Shown here in pieces: positions 17,121 to 27,337 of a stretch of DNA of 64,000 nucleotides (positions within the stretch are counted from its first letter, which is position 1; every line of letters starts with the position of its first letter). Position numbers and translations under genes: made by a program. Source of the DNA: an uncultured Gemmatimonadales bacterium. GTDB lineage: Bacteria > Gemmatimonadota > Gemmatimonadetes > Gemmatimonadales > Gemmatimonadaceae. The notes under the pieces are model-generated. The model worked only from the letters and a program-made list of their open reading frames with translations. It made no database searches and had not been told where the DNA came from. Location of the stretch: contig CAWBZV010000002.1 in the NCBI GenBank assembly GCA_963793305.1, positions 32,001-96,000 of the forward strand, read 5' to 3'.

Positions 17121-20100
17121 CTACCTCGACGCCGTGATCGTGGGCTTCTTTTCCTTCGGTGGCTCCTCCGCGCGCGGCACGATCTCCGTGCGACCCGCGG
17201 CGCGTAGTACGGCATTGAGTTTTGGCAGATCAGTGGCGAGCACGGTCTTGAGCGCGGCGAGCTGCGCGTCGAGCTCGGCCGAGAGTGTCTCGAACACCGC
17301 GTAGGTCGGCGCGGTCGGCCGGCCATTCGCGCTCGAGACCGTGCCAGCGAGCGCCGCGATCTCGTTATTGAGTCTGATGGGAAAATTGAGCGGGTCCTGT
17401 CCGCTCCGGTTCTGGACCTGATACAGCTCTCCTTCGATCGCGTGTATCCGAACCACGAACGGCGCGGCGATGTCCACGAAGCCCGTTGGGGCATCCGTGC
17501 TGTCCATCCGAACTTGATACGCAACGTTGCGGATAGTCTTGACCGCATCGTTCGCCGCGCTCAGCCGATCGCGAATGCGCATGGCCAGCGCGAACTGCGC
17601 CGCGTACCCCGCTGGCGTCGCGGGACTCCGCGGGTCTCCGCGAATGATGAGGGGCTGCGACTGGGTCTCGGAGCCCACGGTCAGCCGCACCGTGTAGCGT
17701 CCCGGTGGTGCGACCGGCCCGTTCACGTTGCCGTTCCACATGATGAGATTGTCGAACGCGCTCGCGTCGGGGTAGCGCATGTTCCAGGCGAACATGTTGA
17801 GGCCCAGCTTGGCCGGAATGCGCGGCGGCGGCGGGACGCGATGCGACTCGCTTTCGTCGTCGGCCTTCGTGGTGTCCGGCACAGCCAGCAGCTTGGCGAT
17901 GCTGTCGGAGGCGACGCCGGCGCGCGTCAAACTATCTCGACGAACCGCTTTCACGCTGTCCGCGTGTTCGGTGCTATCCGCCAGACTCGCACTGTCCAGT
18001 CGCGAGCTCAGCTTGCGCACGAGATGGCCGGCCGAGTCGAGGAACTCCATGGTGACCGCCGATGTCGAATCGGCGAGCGTGTAGTAGATCACCGCCCCGC
18101 TGGGCGGATTCTTCCCGTGAGGGTGTGCCGCGGCGTCTCCGCCGCCGTCGCCAAATCCACCCCATGACACGCGATACGCCGGCGCGGGCTTGAAGAGATG
18201 CATCGCCGTCGCCGTCATCCCGGACGCCAGCTGACGGAGTGGGGACACATCGGTCAGGATCCAGAACGATCGGCCGTGCGTCGCGGCGACGAGGTCGTTG
18301 TCTTTGACGGCCAGGTCGTGAATCGGCACCAGTGGGAGATTGCGGCGGAGCGACTGCCAGTGCGCGCCGTCGTCGAAGCTCACATACACGCTGCGCTCGG
18401 TGCCGGCATACAGGAGTCCGCGTTTTACCGGATCTTCACGGATGACGCGCGTGAACTCGGTCTCCGGTATGCCATTCGTGATCAGTTTCCACGTGCGGCC
18501 GTAGTCCGTCGACTTCAACAGGTACGGGCGCTGGTCATCCATTTGATAGCGATTGCCGGCGACGTACACGGTGCCAGCATCATAGTGCGACGGATCGATG
18601 CTGGAGATTCGCATCCAGTCTCCCCACTCTGTCGGGGAGACTTTGGACCACGTGGTCCCGCCGTTTCGTGTCAGTTGAATGACGCCGTCATCGCTTCCGG
18701 TCCAGATCTCGCCTTTCACGAGGGGAGATTCGGCGATGGAGAAGATGGTCGCATAGTACTCGACCGATGTTTGATCTTTCGTGATCGGACCGCCCGATGC
18801 GCCGAGCGTGGCGGGGTCGTGCCGGGTGAGATCGGGCGAGATCGTCTGCCACGTCTGCCCCTCGTTCGTCGACTTGAACAGGACGTTCGCGCCGGCGTAC
18901 AGCGTGTTCGGATCGTGCGGCGAGATCAGAATCGGGAACGTCCACTGAAACCGATATTTGAGATCACCCGCCGAGTGGCCCATGGGGTTCTCGGGCCAGG
19001 GTGTGATCTCCTTTTGGAGTCCCGTCCGCAGATCCTTGCGCGAGAGGTATGAGTAGCTCCCGGCGTACACAATGTTGGTGCTGTCGGGCCGCACCTGGAT
19101 GTAGCCGCTCTCGCCACCGCCGATCTCTTGCCAATCGCTAATGTCGATCCCCCCGGCCTGCGCCGAAGGACCGCACAGCGTCGAGTTGTCCTGCTGCGCC
19201 CCGCAGACCTTGTACGGAAAGTCCGTCGTCGTCGTGACGTGGTAGAACTGGGCCGTCGCATCGTCCTGCTCGGACCACGACTTGCCACCGTTGAACGACA
19301 CGTTCGCGCTGCCGTCGTTCGCCTCGATCATCCGCTGCGCGTCGGCCGGGGAGATCCACAGGTCGTGGTTGTCGCCGTGCGGCACCGGGATGTTCTTGAA
19401 CGTCTTTCCGCCGTCGGTGCTTCTATAAAAATTCGTATTGAGTGCGTAAACAGTATTCGCGTCCTTCGGGTCGGCGAAAATCTTGGTATAGTACCAGGCC
19501 CGCTGCCGCAGTTTGCGCTCGCTGTTGGTCTTGCTCCACGTCTGTCCGCCGTCGTCCGACCGGTAGACGCCACCGGAGTCGGCCTCGACCAAGGCCCAGA
19601 CGCGGCGCGAGTTTGCCGGCGAAACCGCGAGGCCGATGTTGCCGATGATGCCTTGCGGCAGGCCGGAGTTGCGCGTGATCTCCGTCCACGTGGCGCCGGC
19701 GTCCGTGCTCTTGAAGATGCCGCTCCCGGCGCCGCCGCTCACCAGCTGCCAGGGCTTCCGGCCGGCCTGCCAGAACGCCGCATAGATCGTCCGCGAGTCA
19801 CTCGGGTCGATCACGACCTCGGAGATGCCCGTCGAGTCGTTCCGAAACAGGATCTTGGTCCAGGTCTTTCCGCCGTCCGTCGACTTGAACAACCCGCGGT
19901 CCGGGTTCGGCGCCCACACGTGGCCCAGGGCGCCCACGTAGACGATGTTCGGGTCGCGTGGATCGACGCGCACCCGCGAGATCTGGCGCGTGTCGGCCAG
20001 GCCAACTTTCTCCCACGTTTTGCCGGCGTTCGTGGTCTTGAACACGCCGTCACCGTGCGAGACGTTGCCGCGGATGTCGTACTCGCCGGTGCCGACGTAC

Positions 20101-20393
20101 ACGATGTCCGGGTTGGACTCGCTGACTCCGATCGCGCCGATCGTGCCGCCGAAGTACTTGTCGGTGGCCGGAGACCAGTGGATGCCGCCGTCGGTCGTCT
20201 TGAGCACGCCGCCGCCGGTCGTACCCATCCAGTACTCGTACGGACGGGCCGCCGATCCCGCGACCGCAACGGACCGGCCGCCGCGATAAGGTCCTATTTC
20301 ACGCCAGGTTAGTGCGCGGAACAGTAGGGTGTCGTAGGTCTGTGCGTGAGCGACGCCGGGGAGGATCGCCAGGAGGCAGAGAGTTAAGCGCAT
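17121..20393 (-). CDS. Secreted VPS10/BNR-repeat beta-propeller protein (glycosyl hydrolase-like)
   Basis: WREIGPYRGGR, many S/T-x-D-G-G-x-T-W Asp-boxes and a signal peptide from ATG 20393. Confidence 0.88.
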   Translation of the reverse strand: MRLTLCLLAILPGVAHAQTYDTLLFRALTWREIGPYRGGRSVAVAGSAARPYEYWMGTTGGGVLKTTDGGIHWSPATDKYFGGTIGAIGVSESNPDIVYVGTGEYDIRGNVSHGDGVFKTTNAGKTWEKVGLADTRQISRVRVDPRDPNIVYVGALGHVWAPNPDRGLFKSTDGGKTWTKILFRNDSTGISEVVIDPSDSRTIYAAFWQAGRKPWQLVSGGAGSGIFKSTDAGATWTEITRNSGLPQGIIGNIGLAVSPANSRRVWALVEADSGGVYRSDDGGQTWSKTNSERKLRQRAWYYTKIFADPKDANTVYALNTNFYRSTDGGKTFKNIPVPHGDNHDLWISPADAQRMIEANDGSANVSFNGGKSWSEQDDATAQFYHVTTTTDFPYKVCGAQQDNSTLCGPSAQAGGIDISDWQEIGGGESGYIQVRPDSTNIVYAGSYSYLSRKDLRTGLQKEITPWPENPMGHSAGDLKYRFQWTFPILISPHDPNTLYAGANVLFKSTNEGQTWQTISPDLTRHDPATLGASGGPITKDQTSVEYYATIFSIAESPLVKGEIWTGSDDGVIQLTRNGGTTWSKVSPTEWGDWMRISSIDPSHYDAGTVYVAGNRYQMDDQRPYLLKSTDYGRTWKLITNGIPETEFTRVIREDPVKRGLLYAGTERSVYVSFDDGAHWQSLRRNLPLVPIHDLAVKDNDLVAATHGRSFWILTDVSPLRQLASGMTATAMHLFKPAPAYRVSWGGFGDGGGDAAAHPHGKNPPSGAVIYYTLADSTSAVTMEFLDSAGHLVRKLSSRLDSASLADSTEHADSVKAVRRDSLTRAGVASDSIAKLLAVPDTTKADDESESHRVPPPPRIPAKLGLNMFAWNMRYPDASAFDNLIMWNGNVNGPVAPPGRYTVRLTVGSETQSQPLIIRGDPRSPATPAGYAAQFALAMRIRDRLSAANDAVKTIRNVAYQVRMDSTDAPTGFVDIAAPFVVRIHAIEGELYQVQNRSGQDPLNFPIRLNNEIAALAGTVSSANGRPTAPTYAVFETLSAELDAQLAALKTVLATDLPKLNAVLRAAGRTEIVPRAEEPPKEKKPTITASR

Positions 20394-20424
20394 GGGGGAA
20401 AGACGATGCCCGTCTTCCCCCATG
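20391..20424. promoter_or_regulatory. 14-bp-stem inverted repeat overlapping the start codon of the VPS10 gene
   Basis: CATGGGGGAAAGACG-atgcc-CGTCTTCCCCCATG, with one bulged A. Confidence 0.55.
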
Positions 20425-20446
20425 ATTGCAAGGCCTTGTTAACTCG

Positions 20447-20953
20447 TTAACTCTTGGTAAACGTGGCCGCCCAGTTCGTCACCCACGTCTTGCCGCCGTC
20501 GTCGGAAAACGCCTGCTCGAGCTTGAATGTCGTCGGCGTGACGTTGGAGAAGATGAAACGCGCGTAGACGTTCGCGCCGTTGGCGAGGTCCTGGCCATAG
20601 AACTCGCCGCGGCCGTTGTCGAATCGGCCGAACATTGGCGTACCACTGATCGCGCCGTCCTTCGCGTTCGACCAGTAGATGCTCCACTGCTGCGTCTGCG
20701 GATTGTACAGGCGCAGCGTCAGGCCCTCGATGTGCGTCGTCGCGTTCGAGACCTCGAGCTCACCCGCGTTCGCTCGGCCATCCCAGATTTTGCGGACCGT
20801 GGAGGTCCCGTCGAATTCGCTCCACGACTCGGCGTTCGACAAGCGTTGGCGCACCCGCAAGTGCGCTTTCCACGCGCCGAACTCGAAGTCGAAATCGTGC
20901 TGGTGATCCGGGGCGCCCAGACTCACCATCGCCAGCAAGAGCAGCCATTTCAT
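20447..20953 (-). CDS. Secreted DUF1579-like protein
   Basis: HDFDFEFGAW, GLTLRLYNP..QWSIYW and EQAFSDDGGKTWVTNW motifs. Confidence 0.7.
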   Translation of the reverse strand: MKWLLLLAMVSLGAPDHQHDFDFEFGAWKAHLRVRQRLSNAESWSEFDGTSTVRKIWDGRANAGELEVSNATTHIEGLTLRLYNPQTQQWSIYWSNAKDGAISGTPMFGRFDNGRGEFYGQDLANGANVYARFIFSNVTPTTFKLEQAFSDDGGKTWVTNWAATFTKS

Positions 20954-21003
20954 GCGCGGATGGTAGCGTCCGTGCGGCTCGGCTCAAATCTCCATTTCGC
21001 GCG

Positions 21004-21972
21004 CTAACCCACCGGTGTGCAATACCCACTTTTGCCGGTGACCCACGGCGAGAGATCCACTCGCCAGATGTGCATCAGCCCGTTGTTCCACGCCCGCATG
21101 CGATCGATCGCGATCGGTGACCCGGCGGGTGTGGGCACGATCCGGTTGCTGGCGAAGAAGAGCGTGCGCGTGTCGGGTGAGAGCCGAGCCTCGATCTCGC
21201 TCGAGGGGCTATTCACGTGAGGACCCAACGATGTCGGCTCGCCCCACACGCCATTCTTGCGAAAGACGATGAACAAATCGTTGTCTTTGTCCGCGGTCGG
21301 TGGCCGGTTCGATGAGAAGACCGCGAACGATTCGTCCGGAGCGACCGCGGGATCGACATTGCCCCACTGCTCATCGCTGAACGACACGCGCACGGCCGGG
21401 TCGTACTGACCGTTCGTCCACTGCGACCGATAGATCTGGAATCGTCCAGTCTCCGGCGACGGCTTCATGAAATACAGACTGCCGTCCGCGACCACGCTCG
21501 GCGAAAACACCGACGTGTTCGCGTTGACTGACTCCGGCAACCGTACGGGCTTGCTCCAGCCGCCCCCGCGCCGATCGACGCGCCACAGGTTGCCGCCGCG
21601 ACCTGGCCGCACCGCGCCGCCATAGTTCCCGTCAAGCGCCGCCCCACCATCCGTCGCCGGGCGGTTCGAGGCGAAAATGAGATACGATCCATCCGGCGCC
21701 ATCGCTGCCTCCAGATCGCGCCAGTATCCGGAAAACTCGGCCGGGCTGGGCGAGGACCATTTGCCGTTCGCCACGTGCGACGTGACGATCGCGCTCTCCG
21801 TGCTGTTGCCAACTGTATACCACACAGACCGGCAATCGGGCGCAAACGCTGGCGATAGCTCGTTCGAGCCGCCGGATATGACCCCAGGCGCGAAGATGGC
21901 AGGCGCTTGGGTCGCAGGCTCTTGCCCACGCAGTACGGTCGCAATGCATGCAAGCAGAATGAGACAACGCAT
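21004..21972 (-). CDS. PD40/TolB-like beta-propeller protein
   Basis: IFAPGVIS, repeated P-x-x-(S/A)PD...F-x-SNR units and a signal peptide. Confidence 0.8.
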   Translation of the reverse strand: MRCLILLACIATVLRGQEPATQAPAIFAPGVISGGSNELSPAFAPDCRSVWYTVGNSTESAIVTSHVANGKWSSPSPAEFSGYWRDLEAAMAPDGSYLIFASNRPATDGGAALDGNYGGAVRPGRGGNLWRVDRRGGGWSKPVRLPESVNANTSVFSPSVVADGSLYFMKPSPETGRFQIYRSQWTNGQYDPAVRVSFSDEQWGNVDPAVAPDESFAVFSSNRPPTADKDNDLFIVFRKNGVWGEPTSLGPHVNSPSSEIEARLSPDTRTLFFASNRIVPTPAGSPIAIDRMRAWNNGLMHIWRVDLSPWVTGKSGYCTPVG

Positions 21973-22050
21973 GGTCGAAGCAGTAAGCGGTCGCGAAGCG
22001 CCGCGTACATGTCTATGCAGCGAAAGTCCGCCCGCGAGCAGCCAACGGCA

Positions 22051-23854
22051 CTAAAACCCTGGCGGCCGCTCCGTCGCCACGCCGCTCGCGCGCTCGAGCG
22101 CGAGACCCGCGCGACCAATCGTGCCTTCGTCGAACAATCGCCCGATGAGTGTCACCCCGTGCGGCACCCGCCGCGGCGGCGAAAAGGTCGGCAACGGATG
22201 CGCGGGGTCCGGCGCCCAATCGCTGCGCGCCTGCGAGACATTCACAAACCCCGTTCGCAACGTGAGCGACGGATGCCCCGTGCAGTTGGAGATGACGAGC
22301 ATTTCGTCGCGCAACGATGGCACGAGGAGCAGGTCAACCTGCGAGAACACGCGCGCCATTCTCCTGGGCGACCTTCCGCCGGAACCGATCGGCCTGCACG
22401 AAGTCGACGGCCGAGAGAAACCGCGCCTCACGAAATTGATTCGGCCACGCATCGGGCACTTGGGCTTTGAGCTCGCGAATCTTGCCGTTGAGCGTGATCT
22501 CTTCAAACGAGGCGGCGGCCTCGGCGAAGAGAATCAGATTGAGCGAGTCGTAGGGCCAGTCCGGTAACGCCACCTCCGTCGGGATCATGCCGAGCTTGGT
22601 GCACTGCTCGAGCGCGGCCCGGTCGACGTCCGTGGCTGGTGCCTCATTCATCCACTTTGACACAAATCCCAGGCGCAGGCCGCGCACGGAGCCTTTCGCG
22701 TCGAACTCCAACGCGCTGGGTACCGATGCCAGGTCGCCCGCGTCGGGACCCGATATCGCGTTGAGCACGAGGAACGTGTCCTCCACGCTCCTCGCCATGG
22801 GGCCGAGCTTGTCGAGCGACCAGCAAAGGGTCATGGCACCCGTGCGCGGCACGCGGCCGAACGTGGGTCGGAGCCCGGTGACGCCGCAGCGCATGCTGGG
22901 ACTCACGATGCTGCCGCCCGTCTCGCTGCCGATCGCGAATCCAACGAGCCCCGCGGCGGTCGCGGCCCCGGGGCCGGCGCTCGAGCCCGACGACCCTTCT
23001 TCGAGCAGCCACGGATTCATGGTCTGGCCGCCGAACCAGATGTCGTTGAGCGCCAGCGCGCCCAGGCTCAACTTCGCGACGAGGATCGCGCCCGCATCGC
23101 GCAAACGCCGCACGACGACCGCGTCCGTCGTCGGCACGCGATTGCGAAACGGCTCCGCGCCGTAGGTGGTGGCGACGCCGGCGGTGTCGAGCAGATCTTT
23201 TGCGCCCCATGGAATGCCGTGCAGCGGCCCCCGGTACTTGCCGGCCGCGATCTCGGCGTCCGCCTGCTTCGCCTGCGCGAGGGCCGAGTCTCCCGTGAGG
23301 GTGATCACGCAGTGGAGCTTGGGATCGAACTGCGCGAGACGCGCGAGATAAATCGACGTGAGCCGCTCGGCGGTCAGCTGCCGGCGCTCGATCCACCGCG
23401 ACAGATGGTGCACGGGCGCATACGCGATGTCGGCATCCGTCGACGGCAGCGTTCCCGCATCATTGGCGCTCCGGGCGAAATGATCGGGCGATGGCGAGGC
23501 GGGGGGCGAGAGCACGGGGTTCCAGCGCGTCGCGGGGACGTCCGTGGCCTCGAGCGCGATCGTGCGCGGACCGACGCGTCGCTCAATGAGCGCGGCCATG
23601 GACTGGCGCCAGTTTGCCGCGACCATTGCGCGCTCGTCCTCGCGCATCTCGATCTGCACCAGCTTCTCCGCCTGGGCGAACGTCTCGGGCGTGACCACTG
23701 GGCCGGTCGCCGGCGCCGCGCCGAACGTGGGTGGCGCGCCCGGAGTCGAGGCGGCCGACGATGGCTCGGCGGTTTGCTCGCGGCCACGGCACGCCTCGGC
23801 GGCGGCGAGCACGGCGAGCGGGGCGCGGATGAGGAACTGTCGACGGGAATTCAC
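22051..23854 (-). CDS. Amidase-signature family protein with Tat signal, 1-nt frameshift near 22359
   Basis: SRRQFL, GPLHGIPWGAKD and GSSGSSAG..GSETGGSI motifs. Deleting one A from CAG GAG AATGGCG restores QEMARVFSQVD...TGHPSL and joins the two ORFs. Confidence 0.85.
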
Positions 23855-23922
23855 GAGGCTGGGAAAATGGCGTCCGGACCGCGCGGCGCATAGTATAACC
23901 TGTTCCAGAACTGGATACGGTT

Positions 23923-25000
23923 ATGCTCTTGCAACTCATTGTCATCGGCCATTCTGTCGTTGCGCTCAATGGACCCTGGCGGTTTCACGTCGGCGATGAC
24001 CCTCGGTGGGCTGACCCCTCGTTCGACGACGGTCATTGGGAAATGGTCGACCTGACGCCCCCGCCCGGTGCGCGTGATCCCGACGTTGGGCTCCCCGGCT
24101 ACGTTCCCGGTTGGGGCGCCTCCGGTGTTGCGTGGTATCGGCTGCACGTGACTATCAGCGACCCGACCGATGACACACTCGCGTTGAGCGGACCGCCTGA
24201 CGTTGACGAGGGTTACAACCTGTACGTGAACGGCACGCATCTTGGGACTGCTGGCGCGCCGTATAGCATCCAGCCGCGGTATTTCTTACTACCCGCACTG
24301 CAATCCGCGACTATCGCTATTCGCGTGTGGGCCGCGCCTGGGGACGATGGTGGCATTCACATCGCGCCGGCTATCGGTGAGCTCAACGCCGTGCGCCATC
24401 AGTATGCGCTCGAGTGGTCGCGAACGCTCTGGGGCTATATCGTCGACGGAGTCGAGCCGGTGGTATTCGTGGCACTGGCTGCGTTGGCGTTGGGTCTCGG
24501 GCAAGCATGGATGGCCGCCGCGCTTCTGCTGTCGGCGATGCTGCGCCTCAATCAAGTCACGTTCTATTGGGGCCAGTTCGAGACCGCCAGATTCGCCGAG
24601 ACCCTGCGCACGATCCTCGTGCCGCTCATCATCGGGGCGTGGATCATGGCATGGCGCGCGTGGTTTGCTGTCCGGCGACCCTCGATCATTGTTGTTGGCG
24701 TCATGGTCGCGCTCATGTACGCGACGTCGTGGGCCAGGATCCTCGCCGCGCTCGCGATGCTGGCCATTCTCGTCGCCGGCCGGCGACAATGGCTGGCGGT
24801 GATCGCGGCAGTGCTCGTATCCATTGGACTGTTCGCGCCCGAGCTCTCGGCGCTGCATATCACCGGCATCTCGGTTCCCTTTTGGCGTCGGCGTGTCGCG
24901 CACGCAATTCGCGTATGCGGCCTTCGATCTGGCGCTCTGCGCCCTATTCGCATGGACGACTTTCACTTCGTTGCGGGCGACCTCGCGCTCGACTTCGTAA
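23923..25000 (+). CDS. Membrane protein with an N-terminal GH2-type sugar-binding-like domain, 1-nt frameshift near 24872
   Basis: LNGPWRFHVGDDPRWADPSFDD..W and AWYRLHV, then several TM helices. Removing one C gives GIWFPFGVGVSRTQFAYAAF up to TAA 25000. Confidence 0.65.
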
Positions 25001-25518
25001 ACACCGTCGCCGACCGGCTGTCGCATCCGCGAGACCGGTTGGTCACGGGGGCCGATGTGGATCGGTGGGCTCGCCGCGCCGGACTGCTCGGCTCGCGCTC
25101 CTCATTCCACCTGAGGCCCCGTGAGGTCGCTCGGGTCCGCGTAGTCCGCGAGGAGCTGTATCAGGTCGTTCGCTCTCTCGTCGCGAGCCAGATGCCGCCC
25201 GACGCGGCGCTCGCCCGGCTGAGTCGGATCGCCGGCAATCGCCGATTAGTGTGTCGCGACAGCCAGGTGACGTGGGAGTGGAGCGATTCGCATCGACTGC
25301 TCGGGCCGATCGTGGAACGGGCGGCCGAGTTGTTGGTATCCGTACCGAGGCACAGACTTCGCCAGTGCGAGGACGCCGGCTGCGGCTGGGTGTTCCTCGA
25401 CCGTTCGCGGGCCGGCCGGCGGCGCTGGTGCCGCATGGTCGACTGTGGAAACCGAGCCAAGGCACGCCGTCACTACCAACGTGGGCGGCTAGCTAAGTTA
25501 CCTACGATTGATGAATAG
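24952..25518 (+). CDS. ABATE domain / CGNR zinc-finger protein
   Basis: GDLALDFVNT and RLRQC..CGWVFLDRSR..RRWC...CGNRAKARRH motifs. Own ATG at 24952. Confidence 0.88.
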   Translation: MDDFHFVAGDLALDFVNTVADRLSHPRDRLVTGADVDRWARRAGLLGSRSSFHLRPREVARVRVVREELYQVVRSLVASQMPPDAALARLSRIAGNRRLVCRDSQVTWEWSDSHRLLGPIVERAAELLVSVPRHRLRQCEDAGCGWVFLDRSRAGRRRWCRMVDCGNRAKARRHYQRGRLAKLPTIDE

Positions 25519-27337
25519 AAGCTTGACCGCGGTGGTCGCCTGTGTCCTGTGCGCCGCGCCGCTCTCCGCACAGGACTCGACGGCGGCTGGTCTCCTGACC
25601 GGGCGCGTGCTGTATCGGGAAGGGGCGGCGGGCGTTCCCTACGCGACCGTCACACTCAACCCGGGGAACGCGGGGGGCATCTCGCGGTTCGCCGATAGCA
25701 CGGGCGCGTTCACCTTCGTCCACCTCGTCCCTGGCGCCTATAAGGTACGCGCGCGGCAAATCGGCTTTACGCCGTTCGACACGACGGTCCAGGTCCTGCC
25801 GGCGCCGGCCGTGACCACTATCACCTTGCGCCTGCGCCACGTCGTGCGGCTCGCGCAAGTCACGGTCCGCGCGAAGGCCCCGCGCGAATGCACGAACCCC
25901 GGCGTGCCGGACAGCACCGTCGACCCCGCGCTGGCCCTCGTGTTCTCGCAGATGAACGAGAACATCGTGCGCATGCGCATCCTCATGACCGACTATCCGT
26001 ATCGATACCGGCGCATCGACGACTACGTGGAGCGCGACCCCGGACACGCGGACCGGCGGGTCGAGACCGATACACTCCAAGGCGACAGTTGGGAGGAGGA
26101 GCGCTACGCGGTTGGCGAGGTGCTGACGAGCGGCTCCAAGCACGGTCAGCCGGCTGAGTTCATGCACCTCGTGCAGTTCCAGGACCTCACCGAGCGGGCG
26201 TTCGAGGACAACCATTGCTTCCATCTGGTCGACGAGCAGTCGGGCGTCGTCCGCATCGATTTTCGACCGCGGGCATCGCTCGATGCCGCGGATATCGAGG
26301 GCTCGGTCTACCTCGATCCCGAGAAGATGATCGTCCGCCATGCCACGTTCCATCTCACGCGGCCGCGGCCACCGATCCGCGATTGGACGTACTCGTCGAC
26401 GTTCAACGAAGTCGTGCCGCTCGTGCCGGTCGTCCAGCGCTTCCACTCGGTCGTGATCGCCTATTATCCGGGCGTCCACGTCGAGGATGGGCGCGTCACT
26501 GACTATTCGTTCATCCGCGAGGCGCCGGTCGACCCGACGATCCCCGACACGTTGGCTGGCGCGGGAAAAGCGAAGACGATCGTGGCCCAGATTCAGTTCG
26601 GGAACGATGTCAACCACGCGTGCCCGCTGCCGCCGCCGCAGCCCGTCGTCGAGCCGCTCGTCGGGACGATCCTCGCCGCGCCCGACAGCGCCGCGAACCC
26701 ATCGTGGCGCGCGGCGGCGCGCGCGGTGCTGGCGAGCGTCTTGGCGCATCTGGAGATCCCGTCGACCATAGACCTCGCGACGTTCGGCTATCCGGTGCCG
26801 GCGTCGGCGACTGACGCGGCGGGGCGAGGGGCGCTTCGCATCTCGCCGGGCATCTTTGGCCGATACGCCGTGGACCTCCACCGCGCGGGTGCGACGCAAG
26901 AGGTGAGAGTCACCGCAACGTCGCTCTCCTCGGACGTGGACAGCGCCTTCGTGCAAGCATTGCGTGGCGTGGTCAGCGATCGTTTGCGCGGCGAGACCAT
27001 CTTGCTCTCCGTCTCGACGACACCGCCGGCCGACACGAGCCTGAGCACGTCATTCGCGCACGTGCAAGTGCCGTCGTGGCTCATGACGCGGGCCGCCACG
27101 ATGCCGGGCAGCGGCGCCCTGGCGGCCGCGGGCGACACGGCGGCGTTCGAGTTCATCGTCGACGATCAGGGGCGCGTGGTGCTCTCGACCGTGCATCACG
27201 TCGGGTGGCCTACCGAGATGGATCCGCTGACCGAGGCGGCCCAGGATTCGCTCAGCAACCGGGTGTTCAAGCCGGCGACGGTTGGACGGTGTCCGGTGAG
27301 CCAGGTGACGACGGAAAAATTCGTGTTCCGGCGCTAA
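25511..27337 (+). CDS. Secreted protein with a carboxypeptidase-regulatory-like domain and TonB-C-like C-terminal domain(s)
   Basis: Signal peptide, LTGRV..ADSTGAFTF..PGAYKVRARQIGF, and C-terminal FEFIVDDQGRV..FKPATVGRCPVSQV. Confidence 0.7.
   Translation: MNRSLTAVVACVLCAAPLSAQDSTAAGLLTGRVLYREGAAGVPYATVTLNPGNAGGISRFADSTGAFTFVHLVPGAYKVRARQIGFTPFDTTVQVLPAPAVTTITLRLRHVVRLAQVTVRAKAPRECTNPGVPDSTVDPALALVFSQMNENIVRMRILMTDYPYRYRRIDDYVERDPGHADRRVETDTLQGDSWEEERYAVGEVLTSGSKHGQPAEFMHLVQFQDLTERAFEDNHCFHLVDEQSGVVRIDFRPRASLDAADIEGSVYLDPEKMIVRHATFHLTRPRPPIRDWTYSSTFNEVVPLVPVVQRFHSVVIAYYPGVHVEDGRVTDYSFIREAPVDPTIPDTLAGAGKAKTIVAQIQFGNDVNHACPLPPPQPVVEPLVGTILAAPDSAANPSWRAAARAVLASVLAHLEIPSTIDLATFGYPVPASATDAAGRGALRISPGIFGRYAVDLHRAGATQEVRVTATSLSSDVDSAFVQALRGVVSDRLRGETILLSVSTTPPADTSLSTSFAHVQVPSWLMTRAATMPGSGALAAAGDTAAFEFIVDDQGRVVLSTVHHVGWPTEMDPLTEAAQDSLSNRVFKPATVGRCPVSQVTTEKFVFRR

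Noticed and set aside
17121..20393. Repeated sequence units suggesting an array
   Set aside because: They are degenerate protein-level BNR/Asp-box repeats, not DNA repeats with spacers.
23923..25518. Apparent 531-aa fusion of a sugar-binding membrane protein with a CGNR zinc finger
   Set aside because: Caused by the extra C near 24872. The corrected frame ends at TAA 25000 and the CGNR gene has its own ATG at 24952.
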